Of a stretch of DNA of 64,000 bases, positions 1 through 11,193 are shown piece after piece. Origin of the DNA: an uncultured Acidobacteriota bacterium (GTDB lineage: Bacteria; Acidobacteriota; Thermoanaerobaculia; UBA5066; Gp7-AA6); NCBI GenBank assembly GCA_963764715.1, contig CAVXTP010000006.1, forward strand, positions 1 through 64,000, read 5' to 3'. Numbering within the stretch: position 1 is the stretch's first letter; each line of letters opens with the position of its first letter. The notes under the pieces are model-generated. The model was not told the origin of the DNA, made no database searches, and saw nothing but the letters and a program-made list of their open reading frames with translations. A program made the position numbers and the translations under genes.

Positions 1-93
1 TTGGCGACAGGTTCTCGTCGGGGTCGAGCATCGGCCGGCAGGGAGCGTCACGGAACGAACCGGGGAATTCTGTTCTCCAGCTCGCCGAGAGGA

Positions 94-139
<46 letters not shown>

Positions 140-427
140 GGGAGTTTTTCTGGTCACCCACATCAACCCACGACACTCACACACAGAAATCGGGGGTTTC
201 AGCCCTTCCGCGATACCCACGAGAACAGGATTCAACGGAGCGAACGGGCACAAAACGGACACAGCACCTCGATCTCGGGATCCCCCTGCCGGGTGTGGTA
301 CCAGCCCGCCCACGATTAGATTCCCGCCCAGCGGTTGCCGGGCGGACCGGCCTCAAATTCTTGTCCGCCGACTCATTTCCCCGCGACGTGCTTCTCGCGG
401 CGCTCCCGGCCGCCAAGTAACTTCGCT

Positions 428-3226
428 CTACTTCGGGTTGTCGCCTCTCGGCGGAGGTTCGTCCGCGTAGGACTTCACGAAGTCGGCGACGGCGAGAACC
501 TTTCCTTCCGGCCCGGTGGCCTCGATCGTGTACGTCCCGGGGGCAGGTCCTCGGGCACGGTCCAGGACGTCGAGAACACGCCGACCTTGTCGGCGCGCAT
601 GCTCTGCTTCGGCGGCTCCTTTTCGCGGAGAGCCCGCGGGTCGTCTTCGCGAATGCGGAGCGTCACCTCCTGCCCCGCGGGGAAGCCGCGTCCCGAGACC
701 TCGAGCCGGTTGTCCGGCCCCAGCGCCGCGACCCCGCTCGACGGATACGCCGACGATACGAGCAGCTTGGCGACGCCGGGGTATGCCTCGCCCCTCGGCG
801 CCGGAGGCTCTTCCGGTTTTCGAGCCGCCAGGACGCCGCCGGTTTCCTCGATCTCCCCGACCGGCGGGCGCCGTTCCCAGTAAGGAGGATCGGTCTCGGA
901 GCAGCCGTTCGTTCTGTCGAGATACCAGATCCCGTGGCCCCAGCTCGCGATGTGCACGGCGCCGTTGGGATAGAAGTGAAAGCCCGTCACGTAGCTGATC
1001 CGGTCCGACTTCTTGATCGTGCGCCACGTCTTCCCGTCGTCCGTCGTGCAGATCACGCCCGCGTCGCGGGTGCCGACGAGGATGCGCCCTTCCATGTACG
1101 GGTCGAAGGCGATCTTCGTGACCTGCATGTGGTAGTCGTCGATGTCGTACATCTTCAGCCGGCCGCCCTTCAGCACCTGGGCCGTGAGTCGCTGGTCCGT
1201 CGCCCACGTCTGGCCGCCGTCGTGACTGACCTTCACGTTCCCGGCGATCCTGTCGGGCGCGATCAGGAAACTGCCAGTCGTACGGATCGACGCCGAACAC
1301 TGCATGGAAATCCCACTGTGCCCCGCGGCGCCCGAGACTGCCGTTGCCGGGAAGTCGGACGGCGTCGCTGTCGTCGATCGTGTCCACGCGATCGGCGTAG
1401 AGATTCGAGAGAGGGACGAGCCCGATGCCACCGGTGCCGAGGTAGACCGGCACCCAGGCCATGACGCCCTCGCGAGGGAGGCCGCCGGTGACGTCGGGAG
1501 CCACGTGCGCGGCGGCCGCCTCGGTCAGCAACGGGGCCCCTCAGGTTCGTGCGCTGCACGGCGCCCGGCCAGCCGAAGTTGAGGTCGAAACGCCGCCGCC
1601 ACGTGTTGCCGCCGTTCGTCGAAACGTAGATCCCGTTGCTCGGCCCGCCGCCGAGCCGAAGGCGCAGCCAGCTGCTCGACGTTCCTCCCGCCGACGGCTC
1701 GAGATAGAACGCCTGCTTCATCTGCCCCGAATCGAGCGGCTGCCCGTTCTGATCGACGTCCGGAACGACGCCGCTGGTTGGAAAAGTTCGCGTCGGCGAA
1801 CTGCTCGGTCCAGTTGCCTCCGATCTCCACGTATCCCACCGTGATGGGCTCGCCCGGCCGGGCGTCGGTCCGGACTTCCAGGTCGTAGCCTTCCGCCCCG
1901 TCGGTGCCCGGCCAGGTGTTCCCACCGTCCGTAGAGGCCCAGAGGTTGTTGTCCTGCGTGCCGAAGTAGAGCGTTCGTCGAGAGGACCGCACCGTCGTTC
2001 CGCCGCATGTTCGTGCCGGCGAGGTCCGTGATCTGGAGCGAGTTCATTCCGCTGCCGGGCGCGGCGGCGCTCACCCAGTCGCGGTTCCCGGGCAACGAAG
2101 GCGGGCGCGGCTTGAAGAGGCCGCCATCGCTGCCCAGGAAGACCGGGTTGAGGCCCGCATCCACACCGAGATCGCTCATGTCCGCATGGATGCCGGCCGT
2201 GGCGATGTAGCTGACCCAGTCCGTCGGAGTCAGCGCCCGGAACTCCTCCACCGTCGCCCGCGTCACTCGCCATCCGTCCCAGCCATGCCCGGTCCATATG
2301 GTGATCGGCCACGGCCCGAACTCGGGCCCACGCTCCTTCGTGACGCGGACGAACGGTCCGCGCGAGTTGCCCTGGGGCGTCTGAAGCAGGGTCTGCTGGC
2401 CGGTGTCGAGCTCGTAGAACCACATCGTTCCGCCGCGGACAGCGGGATCCCCCCACCGATACTCCCGGAGAATGAAGGCCCACGGCGAGTAAGGCGAGCG
2501 GTCCATCTTGTTGACGCCGTAGTTGAAGTAGAAGTTGAAGGAGTCCGTGATCACCTTGCGCCACGTCGCGCCGCGATCGTCGCTGCGATAGAGCCCGTTC
2601 GTCGCGAGGGCCAAGACCTGCCCGCCCGGGAACCCCAGCGTCGCCTGGACCATGGGCGGCGACGTGGCGTCGAGCTTCTTGTGAGTCCACGTGTTGCCAT
2701 CGTCCGTGCTGATCGCCACGCCGAAGTCCGTCCCGACATACCAGAGACCGGGCACATCCGGCGCCTGCGAAATCCCATACGCGCTCGTGCGCGCGATAAA
2801 CGGAGCCGCCGGCACGACGCCGGTCGCCGGCCGGGTCCAGGTCCCGCCCCGGTCGTGGCTGACGTAGATACCGCCGCCGTTCGTGACCTGGTTGTCGCGG
2901 AAGACCGTCGCGGTCACGGTCGTTCCGTTCGAGCCGAACTCGACGTCGCCCATCATGACCGCGGGAAGCGAAAAGATTCGGAACCAGTTCTCCCCGCCGT
3001 TGATCGTTCCCCACAGGCCCCCGAACTCCATCGCCACAAGAGCGCGGTTGCGCTCTACGGGGCTGATCGCGATGGATTGCACCCGGCCCGCGTTGAAATC
3101 GTTTCCGTTGAAATCGGCAAACGCCGGGGGGATTGCAGGCGGATCCTGTCTCAGATGGACGCGGCAGCCTGCGACGAAGACCAACGAAAGCAAGCCGGCG
3201 GCGGTGAAGGCGGGATGTCGAGTCAT
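428..3226 (-). CDS. Secreted/lipoprotein BNR (Asp-box)-repeat beta-propeller protein, sortilin/GH74-like; split by several frameshifts
   Basis: ATG 3226 with GGAGGAG RBS; lipobox-like FVAGC; repeated S-x-D-x-G-x-T-W motifs (SHDRGGTW, STDDGNTW, SDDRGATW, STDGGNTW, SHDGGQTW, TTDDGKTW) across ORF pieces 1718-3478, 1525-1992, 1263-3014, 475-1431, 428-1531. Confidence 0.75.
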
Positions 3227-3356
3227 CGCCCTCCTCCTGGAAATAGAAGCGAATTTCGATGCCGCGCCTCGACAGTATGGCCCAGAACGAGGATGTTCGG
3301 CCGGTCTTTTCCCCACGCCGGGCGGCCCAGAGGAGCTAGGTAAGTCGCTCATGAGA

Positions 3357-3404
<48 letters not shown>

Positions 3405-3621
3405 AGAAGCCTGTGATCCATGGGGATCTCTCCTGATCCCCAGGGACTACGATTCCAGCGACTTAGGGCATGCGCCAACTCCCCTGATCACACCTGCGAA
3501 CTACAGAAGTGGGACAGAAGAGGGACAGCCGGGGGTGGTAGGACCTCCGCCAGCGAGCCGATCCGCCCAAAGGGTCGCCTCGTATATCGAGCGGGTGAAA
3601 GAACTCGCCGAATCGGCCAAG

Positions 3622-3681
3622 TTACTTGGCGCCGGCGACGAGCTTCTGGAACCTCGGGTTCTTGCGTAGAGGGTCGAAGTC
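3622..3681 (-). pseudogene. C-terminal remnant of a Ser/Thr kinase-TPR-type gene (copy A)
   Basis: Minus strand reads DFDPLRKNPRFQKLVAGAK*; homologous to 5002-5091 and 6237-6330. Confidence 0.65.
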
Positions 3682-4069
3682 CCTCGCAGGGGTTGCGGGC
3701 GTTCGTCGGAGCGCTTGGCTTATGGGTTTCGAGCCATGATCGCAGCGGGCCGAAGGCCAGGCCGGAGCGCGTGCCGTCCCGAGGTTGGCTCCTTCGGACA
3801 TCGAACCGACGGCCCTTATCGTCTACGTGGCGCTTTACGACCTGGCCTGGGTGCTGCATACTGCCAGGGGCAGGCTCTCTGGGGCGGCGCCGCGGCAGTG
3901 GTGCCGTCCGGGACTCGTGGAGGAGGCTCCGGATGCCCTCGCAATCTCAGGCGTACAGCGACGCGTCCGCCTTTCCGAACAATCCTCAGGACGACACGAC
4001 GGGAAGGCGCGGGCTCGGCGGGGCGCGTCGCGACATCGCTCGATCCGTGCCAGCCGGAAGGGAAGAGGC

Positions 4070-4993
4070 GTGGACCTCCGGTTCCTGAAGCGCATCCCCG
4101 GCTGCCGTCAGCTGAACAGCGCCCTGCGCCGGCACTACGATCGGTTTGGATTGAACCCCTTCCTGATGTTCGCTCCGCCAGGCCATTTCAATTCCCCGAT
4201 TCCCGACCTGGAACTCGTCGATCGCGACCGAGCAACGCTCTTCGACAAGGGGGTCGCTTGCGTTCCAGGTATCGCTATGAACGTCGACCAGCAGCTCGGG
4301 CTTCTTGCCGAGTTCTCCAGGTACTACGCCGACCTGCCATTCCAGGACGAGAAGTCCGAAGGACTCCGCTACCACTTCCGGAATACCTACTTTTCGTACG
4401 GTGACGCCATCGTCCTGTATTCGATGCTGCGTCATTTCCGGCCAAGGCGAATCGTGGAAGTGGGCTCAGGCTTTTCCTCCGCGGTCATGTTGGATACAAA
4501 TGAACTCTTCTTCTCGAGCAAGATAGCTCTGACGTTCGTGGAACCCTATCCGGAACGGCTCTTTTCCTTGATGACCGATGAAGACCGGAGGCAGCACGAA
4601 GTCATTGTGGATGTGGTTCAAGCCGTTCCCGACGAGCGATTCGCTGCCCTGGAAGCCAACGACATCCTCTTCATCGACTCTTCGCATGTCGCCAAGGTCG
4701 GGAGCGATGTCGTTCATCTCTTGACGAACGTCCTCCCCCACCTCAACAACGGCGTGATTGTTCACTTCCACGACGTGTTCTGGCCCTTCGAGTATCCCGA
4801 GGAGTGGATTCGAGGGGGAAGGGCCTGGAACGAGACCTACATTCTGAAGGCCTTTCTCCAGTTCAATTCGAAGTTCAGGATGCTGCTCTTCAACTCCTAC
4901 CTCGCCAGTCACCACAGATCGGCCGTGGCACGGAGGCTTCCTCTGTTTCCGAAGGAAGCGGGAGGTAGTCTCTGGATCCAACGGGCCCCCTGA
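4070..4993 (+). CDS. Class I SAM-dependent methyltransferase (Methyltransf_24-like)
   Basis: GTG 4070 after GGAAGAGG; motifs IVEVGSGFSS, DILFIDSSHVAK, HFHDVFWPFEYP, WNETY. Confidence 0.85.
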   Translation: MDLRFLKRIPGCRQLNSALRRHYDRFGLNPFLMFAPPGHFNSPIPDLELVDRDRATLFDKGVACVPGIAMNVDQQLGLLAEFSRYYADLPFQDEKSEGLRYHFRNTYFSYGDAIVLYSMLRHFRPRRIVEVGSGFSSAVMLDTNELFFSSKIALTFVEPYPERLFSLMTDEDRRQHEVIVDVVQAVPDERFAALEANDILFIDSSHVAKVGSDVVHLLTNVLPHLNNGVIVHFHDVFWPFEYPEEWIRGGRAWNETYILKAFLQFNSKFRMLLFNSYLASHHRSAVARRLPLFPKEAGGSLWIQRAP

Positions 4994-5001
4994 CAGAGGA
5001 A

Positions 5002-5091
5002 CTACTTCGCGCCAGCGACGAGCTTCTGGAATCTTGGGCTGTTGCGCGGCGAGTCGAAGTTGGGGTCGATCTTGAGCCAACCGGGCGAGAG
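5002..5091 (-). pseudogene. C-terminal remnant of a Ser/Thr kinase-TPR-type gene (copy B)
   Basis: Minus strand reads LSPGWLKIDPNFDSPRNSPRFQKLVAGAK*. Confidence 0.65.
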
Positions 5092-5136
5092 CCGGTTTGG
5101 GATCTGCAGCAGCGAGCTTGAGCTGGCCCGCTCCAA

Positions 5137-5733
5137 TCACCGCAATGCGAGGCCGGTCACTTGCCAGAGGTCGCTGAACGTGGTCCTGTTCACGCCGTAA
5201 GCCCAGAACTTGCCGTCGCGCGTCACGGCGACTTGACCGATGTGTCTAGCACCGGCCATATCCCCGGGCACAAGCGTCTTCCAAAGCTCCTTTCGCCCAC
5301 TCGCTAGATCGAATCGTTCGATGCGTATAGGTGGGGTACCAAATTGAACGACATACAGGGACTTCCCATCGGCGGCCCAGGCTAGGATCGTGTCATTCGG
5401 ATCGAATCCGGCCACGGCCCGAGGCGCACCGCCATCTAGTCGGTAGATCTTGAGACCGCTCGTTCCGTCAACGACGGCAATCTCCTTTCCGTCTGGAGAG
5501 GTGGCAAAGGCACCTCCAGCCTCGGCTACAACGCGAGGCGTGCTGCCAGCCTCATCTGTGACGTAGAGGTGCTTGTGTCCATCTTTCGCTGTCGCCGAAA
5601 AGACGATCGATTTTCCGTCCGGCGTGAATCTAAATCCGCGGAGTGCTAGCTCGCCGATCGAAATCTTCCTCACCTGGCCCGCCCCGGTCGGAATCAGCAA
5701 GAACTCGTGCTCCGATTCGGACCCCATCAGCAC
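5137..5733 (-). pseudogene. 5'-truncated TolB/PD40-like beta-propeller, typical C-terminal part of acidobacterial kinase-propeller proteins
   Basis: Repeats FTPDGKSI, SPDGKEI, WAADGKSL, TRDGKFW; ends SDLWQVTGLALR*; no convincing start or signal peptide. Confidence 0.6.
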
Positions 5734-5971
5734 CCAACCACGAACTCCAATGAGGTGGCGTGGAGCCTATCAGGCTAGGAACAACTGTCGAGCGTTAGCG
5801 GGGCGCAAAATCGTCCGGGAGGCTGAAGCGCGATCGTACTCGTCGCGCCTCGAACCGCTGGCCCCCCGCATCCGCCCGGCAATCGCCGACAGGGCCGAGA
5901 CGGGTCCCGGCTGAGAGGGTCATCGGTTCTGTTAAGGGACTCTATGCCGCTACGGTGAGCCCGCGAGAGGA

Positions 5972-6020
<49 letters not shown>

Positions 6021-6236
6021 GAAACCGGTGATCCTTGGGGATCTCCCCTGATCCCCAGGGACTACGATTCCAACGAGTTATCGCTTGCGCCGACTCTCCT
6101 GATCACGCCAGCGGACTGCAGAAGTGGGACAGAAGTGGGACAGCCTGGGGGTGGACAGACCTCCGCCAGCGAGCCGCTCCGCCGAGAGGGTCGCCTCCCA
6201 TATTGAGGGTATGAAAAAACTCGCCTATCGTCCGAG

Positions 6237-6330
6237 TCACTTCGAGCCGGCGGCGGGCCTCTGGAATCTCGGGTTCTTGCGCGACGGGTCGAAGTTGGGA
6301 TCGGTCTTGAGCCAGCGGGCGAGTGCCAAT
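6237..6330 (-). pseudogene. C-terminal remnant of a Ser/Thr kinase-TPR-type gene (copy C)
   Basis: Minus strand reads LARWLKTDPNFDPSRKNPRFQRPAAGSK*. Confidence 0.65.
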
Positions 6331-6783
6331 TCGGCACACCTAGCGAGCACGTGTTGTCGGCTCCAATTCGTCATGATTTGATACCCACCGCGAACTCGTG
6401 CATGGCGCGAAGTCCGACGAGAGAAGAGTAGCAATGTCTCTCGGAGCGGATCCCCGGTATCGAAGAGTTGCGGGTCGATTGTCCGTGGCCGCGGGTGCTC
6501 CGATCTCCCGACGGTCACACTGTGGGAGGCCGGTGCAAGCGTGCCGAAGAAGCTCGGCGACACGACGACCAGCGCCGACGGCCGATCCAGGACGCGAATC
6601 AGTGAACCGCAAAACAAATTCTCCTGATTGGTTTTCGTGCCGTCTGAACTCGAGTCACTGTGCTCCGTTCTTGTTGCGGAAGAAAAATGTGGACGGTAAC
6701 CCGCCTGCCAGTCCCCGATCGAAGCCTTGGGATCCCGGTGAAGACTCCATTTGGTTCAACCAGAGGTGTGTAAAGGAGGACTC

Positions 6784-8394
6784 ATGAAAGGTGGACACGT
6801 TCGGATTCTCAGGATACTGGCAGTTGTATTGCTCGCGTCGCTGGCTCGACCCGGCCTTGCCAGCGCACAATCTTTTCCCCGGCCAAAACCCCTACCACCG
6901 AAGAAGAACACGGCCGCCACGGTGAAATCTAAGAATGCTCTCGCTCTCGCCGCCGCGCCGGCACCGTGGCAATTGCTGGTGCACCAACCCCCGGTGCTTG
7001 ATTATTTCGATTGCGGCCCGGGTAGCCCGGTGCTGCTGACGGACGGCACCGTGATGGTGCAGGACCACGGCTGTCAGGATTGGTGGAAGCTCACCCCCGA
7101 CGCGTTCGGCAGCTACGTGAACGGAACCTGGACTCAGTTAGCCTCACTGTCAGGCGGCTACAGCCCCCTGTATCACTCGACGGCCGTTCTCCCCGACGGC
7201 CGGGTCATCATCGAGGGCGGCGAATACAACTTCCTGCAACCGAGGTGGACCGCCCAGGGCGCAATTTATGACCCGTTGACCGATATCTGGACGTCGGTCG
7301 CTCCTCCTCCGTTCTTTGGGGGCTTCGGACCCTTTGCGCAGACGATTGGCGATGCGCAGGCCACTGTTCTTTCTGACGGAACCTACATGCAGGCCGATTG
7401 CTGCACTAGAGACGAGGCTCTGCTCGATCCCAAGACTCTCACCTGGACGCCCACCGGCGCGGGCAAGTTCGACATCCACGATGAAGAGGGATGGACGCTG
7501 TTGCCCAACAAGAAGGTGCTGACAGTCGATGCCTACGTCTTTCAGTACGACCCGACGGGCAAGAACTTCGAGCTCTACAACCCCGCGTCCGGTAAGTGGA
7601 CGAGTCCCGGCGGAGGCACGGTTGTGCAGCTCTGGGACTCCGCGGCGGATTGCGGCGGAGCGAATGCCGAGACGGCTGAGGTCGGCCCCGCGGTCTTGAT
7701 GCCCGACGGGAGCGTCTTCGCCACCGGAGCCAACAGCTGCGGAGCCGCTCACACCGCGATTTACAAGGGAAGCTGGAAGGCGGGTCCGGATTTCCCCGAC
7801 GACCTCGGGATCGCCGATGGTCCCGCCGCGCTCGAGCCCAACGGGAAGGTTCTGATGATGGCGAGCCCAACGGTCTTCAACGCGCCTTCAACCTTCTTCG
7901 AGTGGGACGGTAATAACCTCACGACGGCTCCGCCCGCCCCGAACGCTGACTTCGACTCGTCGTTCTACGGCAACATGCTGGTCCTTCCCACCGGGCAGAT
8001 TCTGTTCACCGACTTCTTCTTTGTCTCGGTTTACAACCCCACGGGAACCTACAATCCGGCCTGGCAGCCCGTGATCCAGAAAGCTCCGAAGACAGTGAGT
8101 CCCGGAGGGTCCTACGCTATCTCCGGACATCTTTTCAACGGGATGTCACAGGGAGCGGCTTACGGGGACGATGCTCAAGGCGCCACGAATTACCCGATCG
8201 TCCGCATCACAAACAATGCAACCGGCCACGTTTTCTACAGCCGGACGCATGACCACAGCAGCATGGCCGTTGCATTCAACGGCATCGTGTCGACTCAATT
8301 CGATGTGCCGGCTAACCAGGAGACGGGCCCGAGCAAACTCGAGGTCGTCGCTAACGGCATTCCTTCGCAGCCGTTCAACGTCAACGTGCAATAG
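6784..8394 (+). CDS. Secreted kelch/galactose-oxidase-like beta-propeller protein with C-terminal Ig-like domain
   Basis: ATG 6784 after AAAGGAGGA; signal peptide ending GLASA; repeats [41 protein letters not shown]; C-terminal [10 protein letters not shown]. Confidence 0.8.
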   Translation: MKGGHVRILRILAVVLLASLARPGLASAQSFPRPKPLPPKKNTAATVKSKNALALAAAPAPWQLLVHQPPVLDYFDCGPGSPVLLTDGTVMVQDHGCQDWWKLTPDAFGSYVNGTWTQLASLSGGYSPLYHSTAVLPDGRVIIEGGEYNFLQPRWTAQGAIYDPLTDIWTSVAPPPFFGGFGPFAQTIGDAQATVLSDGTYMQADCCTRDEALLDPKTLTWTPTGAGKFDIHDEEGWTLLPNKKVLTVDAYVFQYDPTGKNFELYNPASGKWTSPGGGTVVQLWDSAADCGGANAETAEVGPAVLMPDGSVFATGANSCGAAHTAIYKGSWKAGPDFPDDLGIADGPAALEPNGKVLMMASPTVFNAPSTFFEWDGNNLTTAPPAPNADFDSSFYGNMLVLPTGQILFTDFFFVSVYNPTGTYNPAWQPVIQKAPKTVSPGGSYAISGHLFNGMSQGAAYGDDAQGATNYPIVRITNNATGHVFYSRTHDHSSMAVAFNGIVSTQFDVPANQETGPSKLEVVANGIPSQPFNVNVQ

Positions 8395-8674
8395 GCTCGG
8401 AGCAGTATCGGTCGGCCGCTCTCCGGAGGTCCTTGCATCTTCCCGGCAAGGAGGGGAGACAAGGACCTCCCTTTTCTGCCCAACGGTGGCGCCGCAGAAT
8501 GAGCTTCGAAACGGCGCAGGCGTTCGGGGTCGCTCGAGCAAGAGGACGGTATGACTTTGATTGCGACATCCGCTTCAGCCTCTCGTCCCGCGCCCGGTAC
8601 ACCTCTCCCATCCCGCCCGCGCCAAGCGGAGCGAGGATCTCGCAGGGGCCGAGGGTCCCCGCTGGAAGTGTCAT
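8381..8674 (-). pseudogene. Decayed 5' end of a Hanks-type Ser/Thr kinase gene
   Basis: [35 protein letters not shown], then after a frameshift [18 protein letters not shown]; homology is lost after about 8505. Confidence 0.85.
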
Positions 8675-8710
8675 GGAACGGCGGCAAAGATTCTATGCCG
8701 CCGGAGAGGA

Positions 8711-8788
<78 letters not shown>

Positions 8789-8799
8789 AGGAGGTGCGG

Positions 8800-8828
8800 G
8801 TTATACGCGATTCCGGGCCGTTTGGCAA
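8800..8828 (-). promoter_or_regulatory. sigma70-type promoter of tRNA-Pro
   Basis: Minus strand TTGCCA-N17-TATAAC, 11 nt upstream of the mature 5' end. Confidence 0.7.
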
Positions 8829-8850
8829 AGGCCTCGGAGCCGCGCGGGCC

Positions 8851-11025
8851 TTACTGGAGCTGGATCCCGAGCTTTCCGCCGGAATAGTCGAGGCGAAGCG
8901 TCTTCGTCTCGCCGCCCGAGATCTGCGCGGTCGTCGTGGCGAAGGCCGACGGCATGTCGGGGCCGGAGAGCCAGGCCTTGATGGTCGCGGGCCCCGGCTG
9001 AACGGTGAGGCTCGCGATCACGCTGCGGTTCTCGCCCTTCTTGAACGAGAAGGGCTTGCGCAGAAGGATCTGGTCGTTGACGGCGATCATGACGTGACCT
9101 TCGGGAAGCGGCGAATCGAACACGAGGCGGACGGTCGCGGTCCCCGGGGCCGTCGCCGCGGCGGGTCCCTGGGACGCCGGCGCGGAAGCCGCGGCGCGGG
9201 CGGGACCACCGGCCGGCGTGGGAACGGCTCCCTTCTTTGCGGCCGTCTGCGCCTCCCTGGGCCTGGCGGCCTTCTTGCGCGCGGCCGCCTCCGCCGCGAC
9301 TTTCTCCGCGATCTTCGCGTCGGCCTCCTCGCGAACGGCCAGCGCGTCCGGATTGGCCGCGTCGGCCGCGAGGATCTCGTCGGCTTTCTGCCTGGCCTCT
9401 TCGGGCCGGCCCTCGGTCAGCGCGGTGCGGGCGGCTGCGATCGCGGAGGCCGCCTGCTCGCGCCGCTGCGCTTCTTCCTGCTGGGTCTTGACGGCGTTCT
9501 CCGCCATCTGCGCGTACTTGCGGGCTTCCTCGTTGTTGGGACTGCGGGCGAGGACCTGGCGGAACCTCGCCAGGCTCTCCGCGTACCGGCCCTCGGCAAA
9601 GAGCTTCTGCCCTTCCTCGAGCGCCTGCTTGCGGTCGTGCACTTCCTGCTCGAGCGCCGTGTCGGGAGCGACCGTCGGCGTCGACGCCGACTTCGCCCGC
9701 ATCGCGAAGAAGCCGATGACGAGGATCGCGAGGCCCGCCGCTCCGGCCACGACGCGCCAGAACCACTTGGGGTTGACCTCGGCCTTCGCGATCTTCTTCC
9801 ACTCCTGCGCCGGAACGGGCAGCGGCGCCGCCACGGGCGTCGAGCCGGGCAGCGGCGGAAGCTGGTCGGCGTTCTCGAAACTGCCCTCCAGGGGAATCGG
9901 CGCCACCGCCTCCGCCTCCGATTCCGACTCCGCGGCAACGGCGCGCACCGGGTTCGTCGCCTCGCGGTCGTCTTCGCCACCCGGCATTCCGGCGGGCGAG
10001 GGGGGCGGGCCGGGCGGGGGCGGAACGGCCGGAGGGGGCGGCAAGACGTTCGTCGTATCCCGCGGCGCGCCCTGCGCGGCGAGCTCCTGCAGGTTCGCGA
10101 GCTTCAAGGTCGGAAGGTTCTCGGCGGCCGAGACCATCGTGCCGAGGTCCTGCAGCGCTTTCTGCTCCTCCATGTGGGCCTTGAGCTGATAGAGCGCGAG
10201 GGCCATGTCCTTTCCGCGCTGGTACCGGTTCCATGGGTCCTTGGCCATCGCGCGGGCGACGATCGGGTTGAACTCAGGGGGCACGTCGGTCGAGAGTTCG
10301 GCCGGCGGCGTGAAGTCCTCGTGCACGATCTTGTAGGAGATCGCCGTGAGATTGTCGCCCTGAAAAGGCTTGCGCAAGGTCAGGAGCTCGTAGAGCACGA
10401 CGCCGAGCGAAAAGATGTCGCTCCGGCCGTCGACGGGGGCCCCCGAGACCTGCTCGGGCGACATGTAGTTGGGTGTCCCGAGAAACTGCCCCGTCGTCGT
10501 GAGATTGGACGAGGCGACCTTCGCGATCCCGAAGTCGGTGATCTTCACCTTGCCGTCGGTCGTCAGAATGATGTTCGCCGGCTTGACGTCGCGATGAATG
10601 ATGCCCTTGCGGTGGGCGTAGTCGAGAGCCTCGCCGATCTGGGCGACGAGGTCCGCGATCTCGTCCCAGGTGAACCGGTTCTTGTCGGTCAGGAGCGACT
10701 TGAGGTTGCGCCCCTCGATGTACTCCATGGCGATGAACGACGCCCGGCTCTCCGTGTCCTCGCCGATGTCGTGGATCGTGACGATGTTGGGGTGCGACAG
10801 GATCCCGGCGGTCTGGGCCTCGCGCACGAAGCGCTCCCGGAACTCACGGGACTCGGAGTCGTCCTCGTCGCCCTGGGAGGTCTTGATCGTCTTGATCGCG
10901 ACGAGCCGGCCGATGACGGGGTCCTTGGCGAGGTACACCACCCCCATCGCGCCCTTGCCGAGCTCGTTCAAGACCTCGTAGCGGCCGAGCCTGCCCACGC
11001 GCGCTCCCGCTACTTTCTCCGCCAT
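8851..11025 (-). CDS. Membrane Ser/Thr protein kinase with Pro-rich linker, TM helix and extracellular TPR-like region
   Basis: [40 protein letters not shown]; [22 protein letters not shown]. Confidence 0.93.
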   Translation of the reverse strand: MAEKVAGARVGRLGRYEVLNELGKGAMGVVYLAKDPVIGRLVAIKTIKTSQGDEDDSESREFRERFVREAQTAGILSHPNIVTIHDIGEDTESRASFIAMEYIEGRNLKSLLTDKNRFTWDEIADLVAQIGEALDYAHRKGIIHRDVKPANIILTTDGKVKITDFGIAKVASSNLTTTGQFLGTPNYMSPEQVSGAPVDGRSDIFSLGVVLYELLTLRKPFQGDNLTAISYKIVHEDFTPPAELSTDVPPEFNPIVARAMAKDPWNRYQRGKDMALALYQLKAHMEEQKALQDLGTMVSAAENLPTLKLANLQELAAQGAPRDTTNVLPPPPAVPPPPGPPPSPAGMPGGEDDREATNPVRAVAAESESEAEAVAPIPLEGSFENADQLPPLPGSTPVAAPLPVPAQEWKKIAKAEVNPKWFWRVVAGAAGLAILVIGFFAMRAKSASTPTVAPDTALEQEVHDRKQALEEGQKLFAEGRYAESLARFRQVLARSPNNEEARKYAQMAENAVKTQQEEAQRREQAASAIAAARTALTEGRPEEARQKADEILAADAANPDALAVREEADAKIAEKVAAEAAARKKAARPREAQTAAKKGAVPTPAGGPARAAASAPASQGPAAATAPGTATVRLVFDSPLPEGHVMIAVNDQILLRKPFSFKKGENRSVIASLTVQPGPATIKAWLSGPDMPSAFATTTAQISGGETKTLRLDYSGGKLGIQLQ

Positions 11026-11193
11026 AGGCTCGGAACGAGTCCCTCCCCGCCCGGCGGACGACCCGCGGTGATGCAAGTGGACGCCGGACCGCCGAAATTC
11101 TAGCAGGTTGGCCGGATCGGCGTGTGAATCGGGGCATCCCGGACGCCCTCCGGGCATCGTCCGAGGCCCTATTCGAGCGGTATTCTGCGTCCC

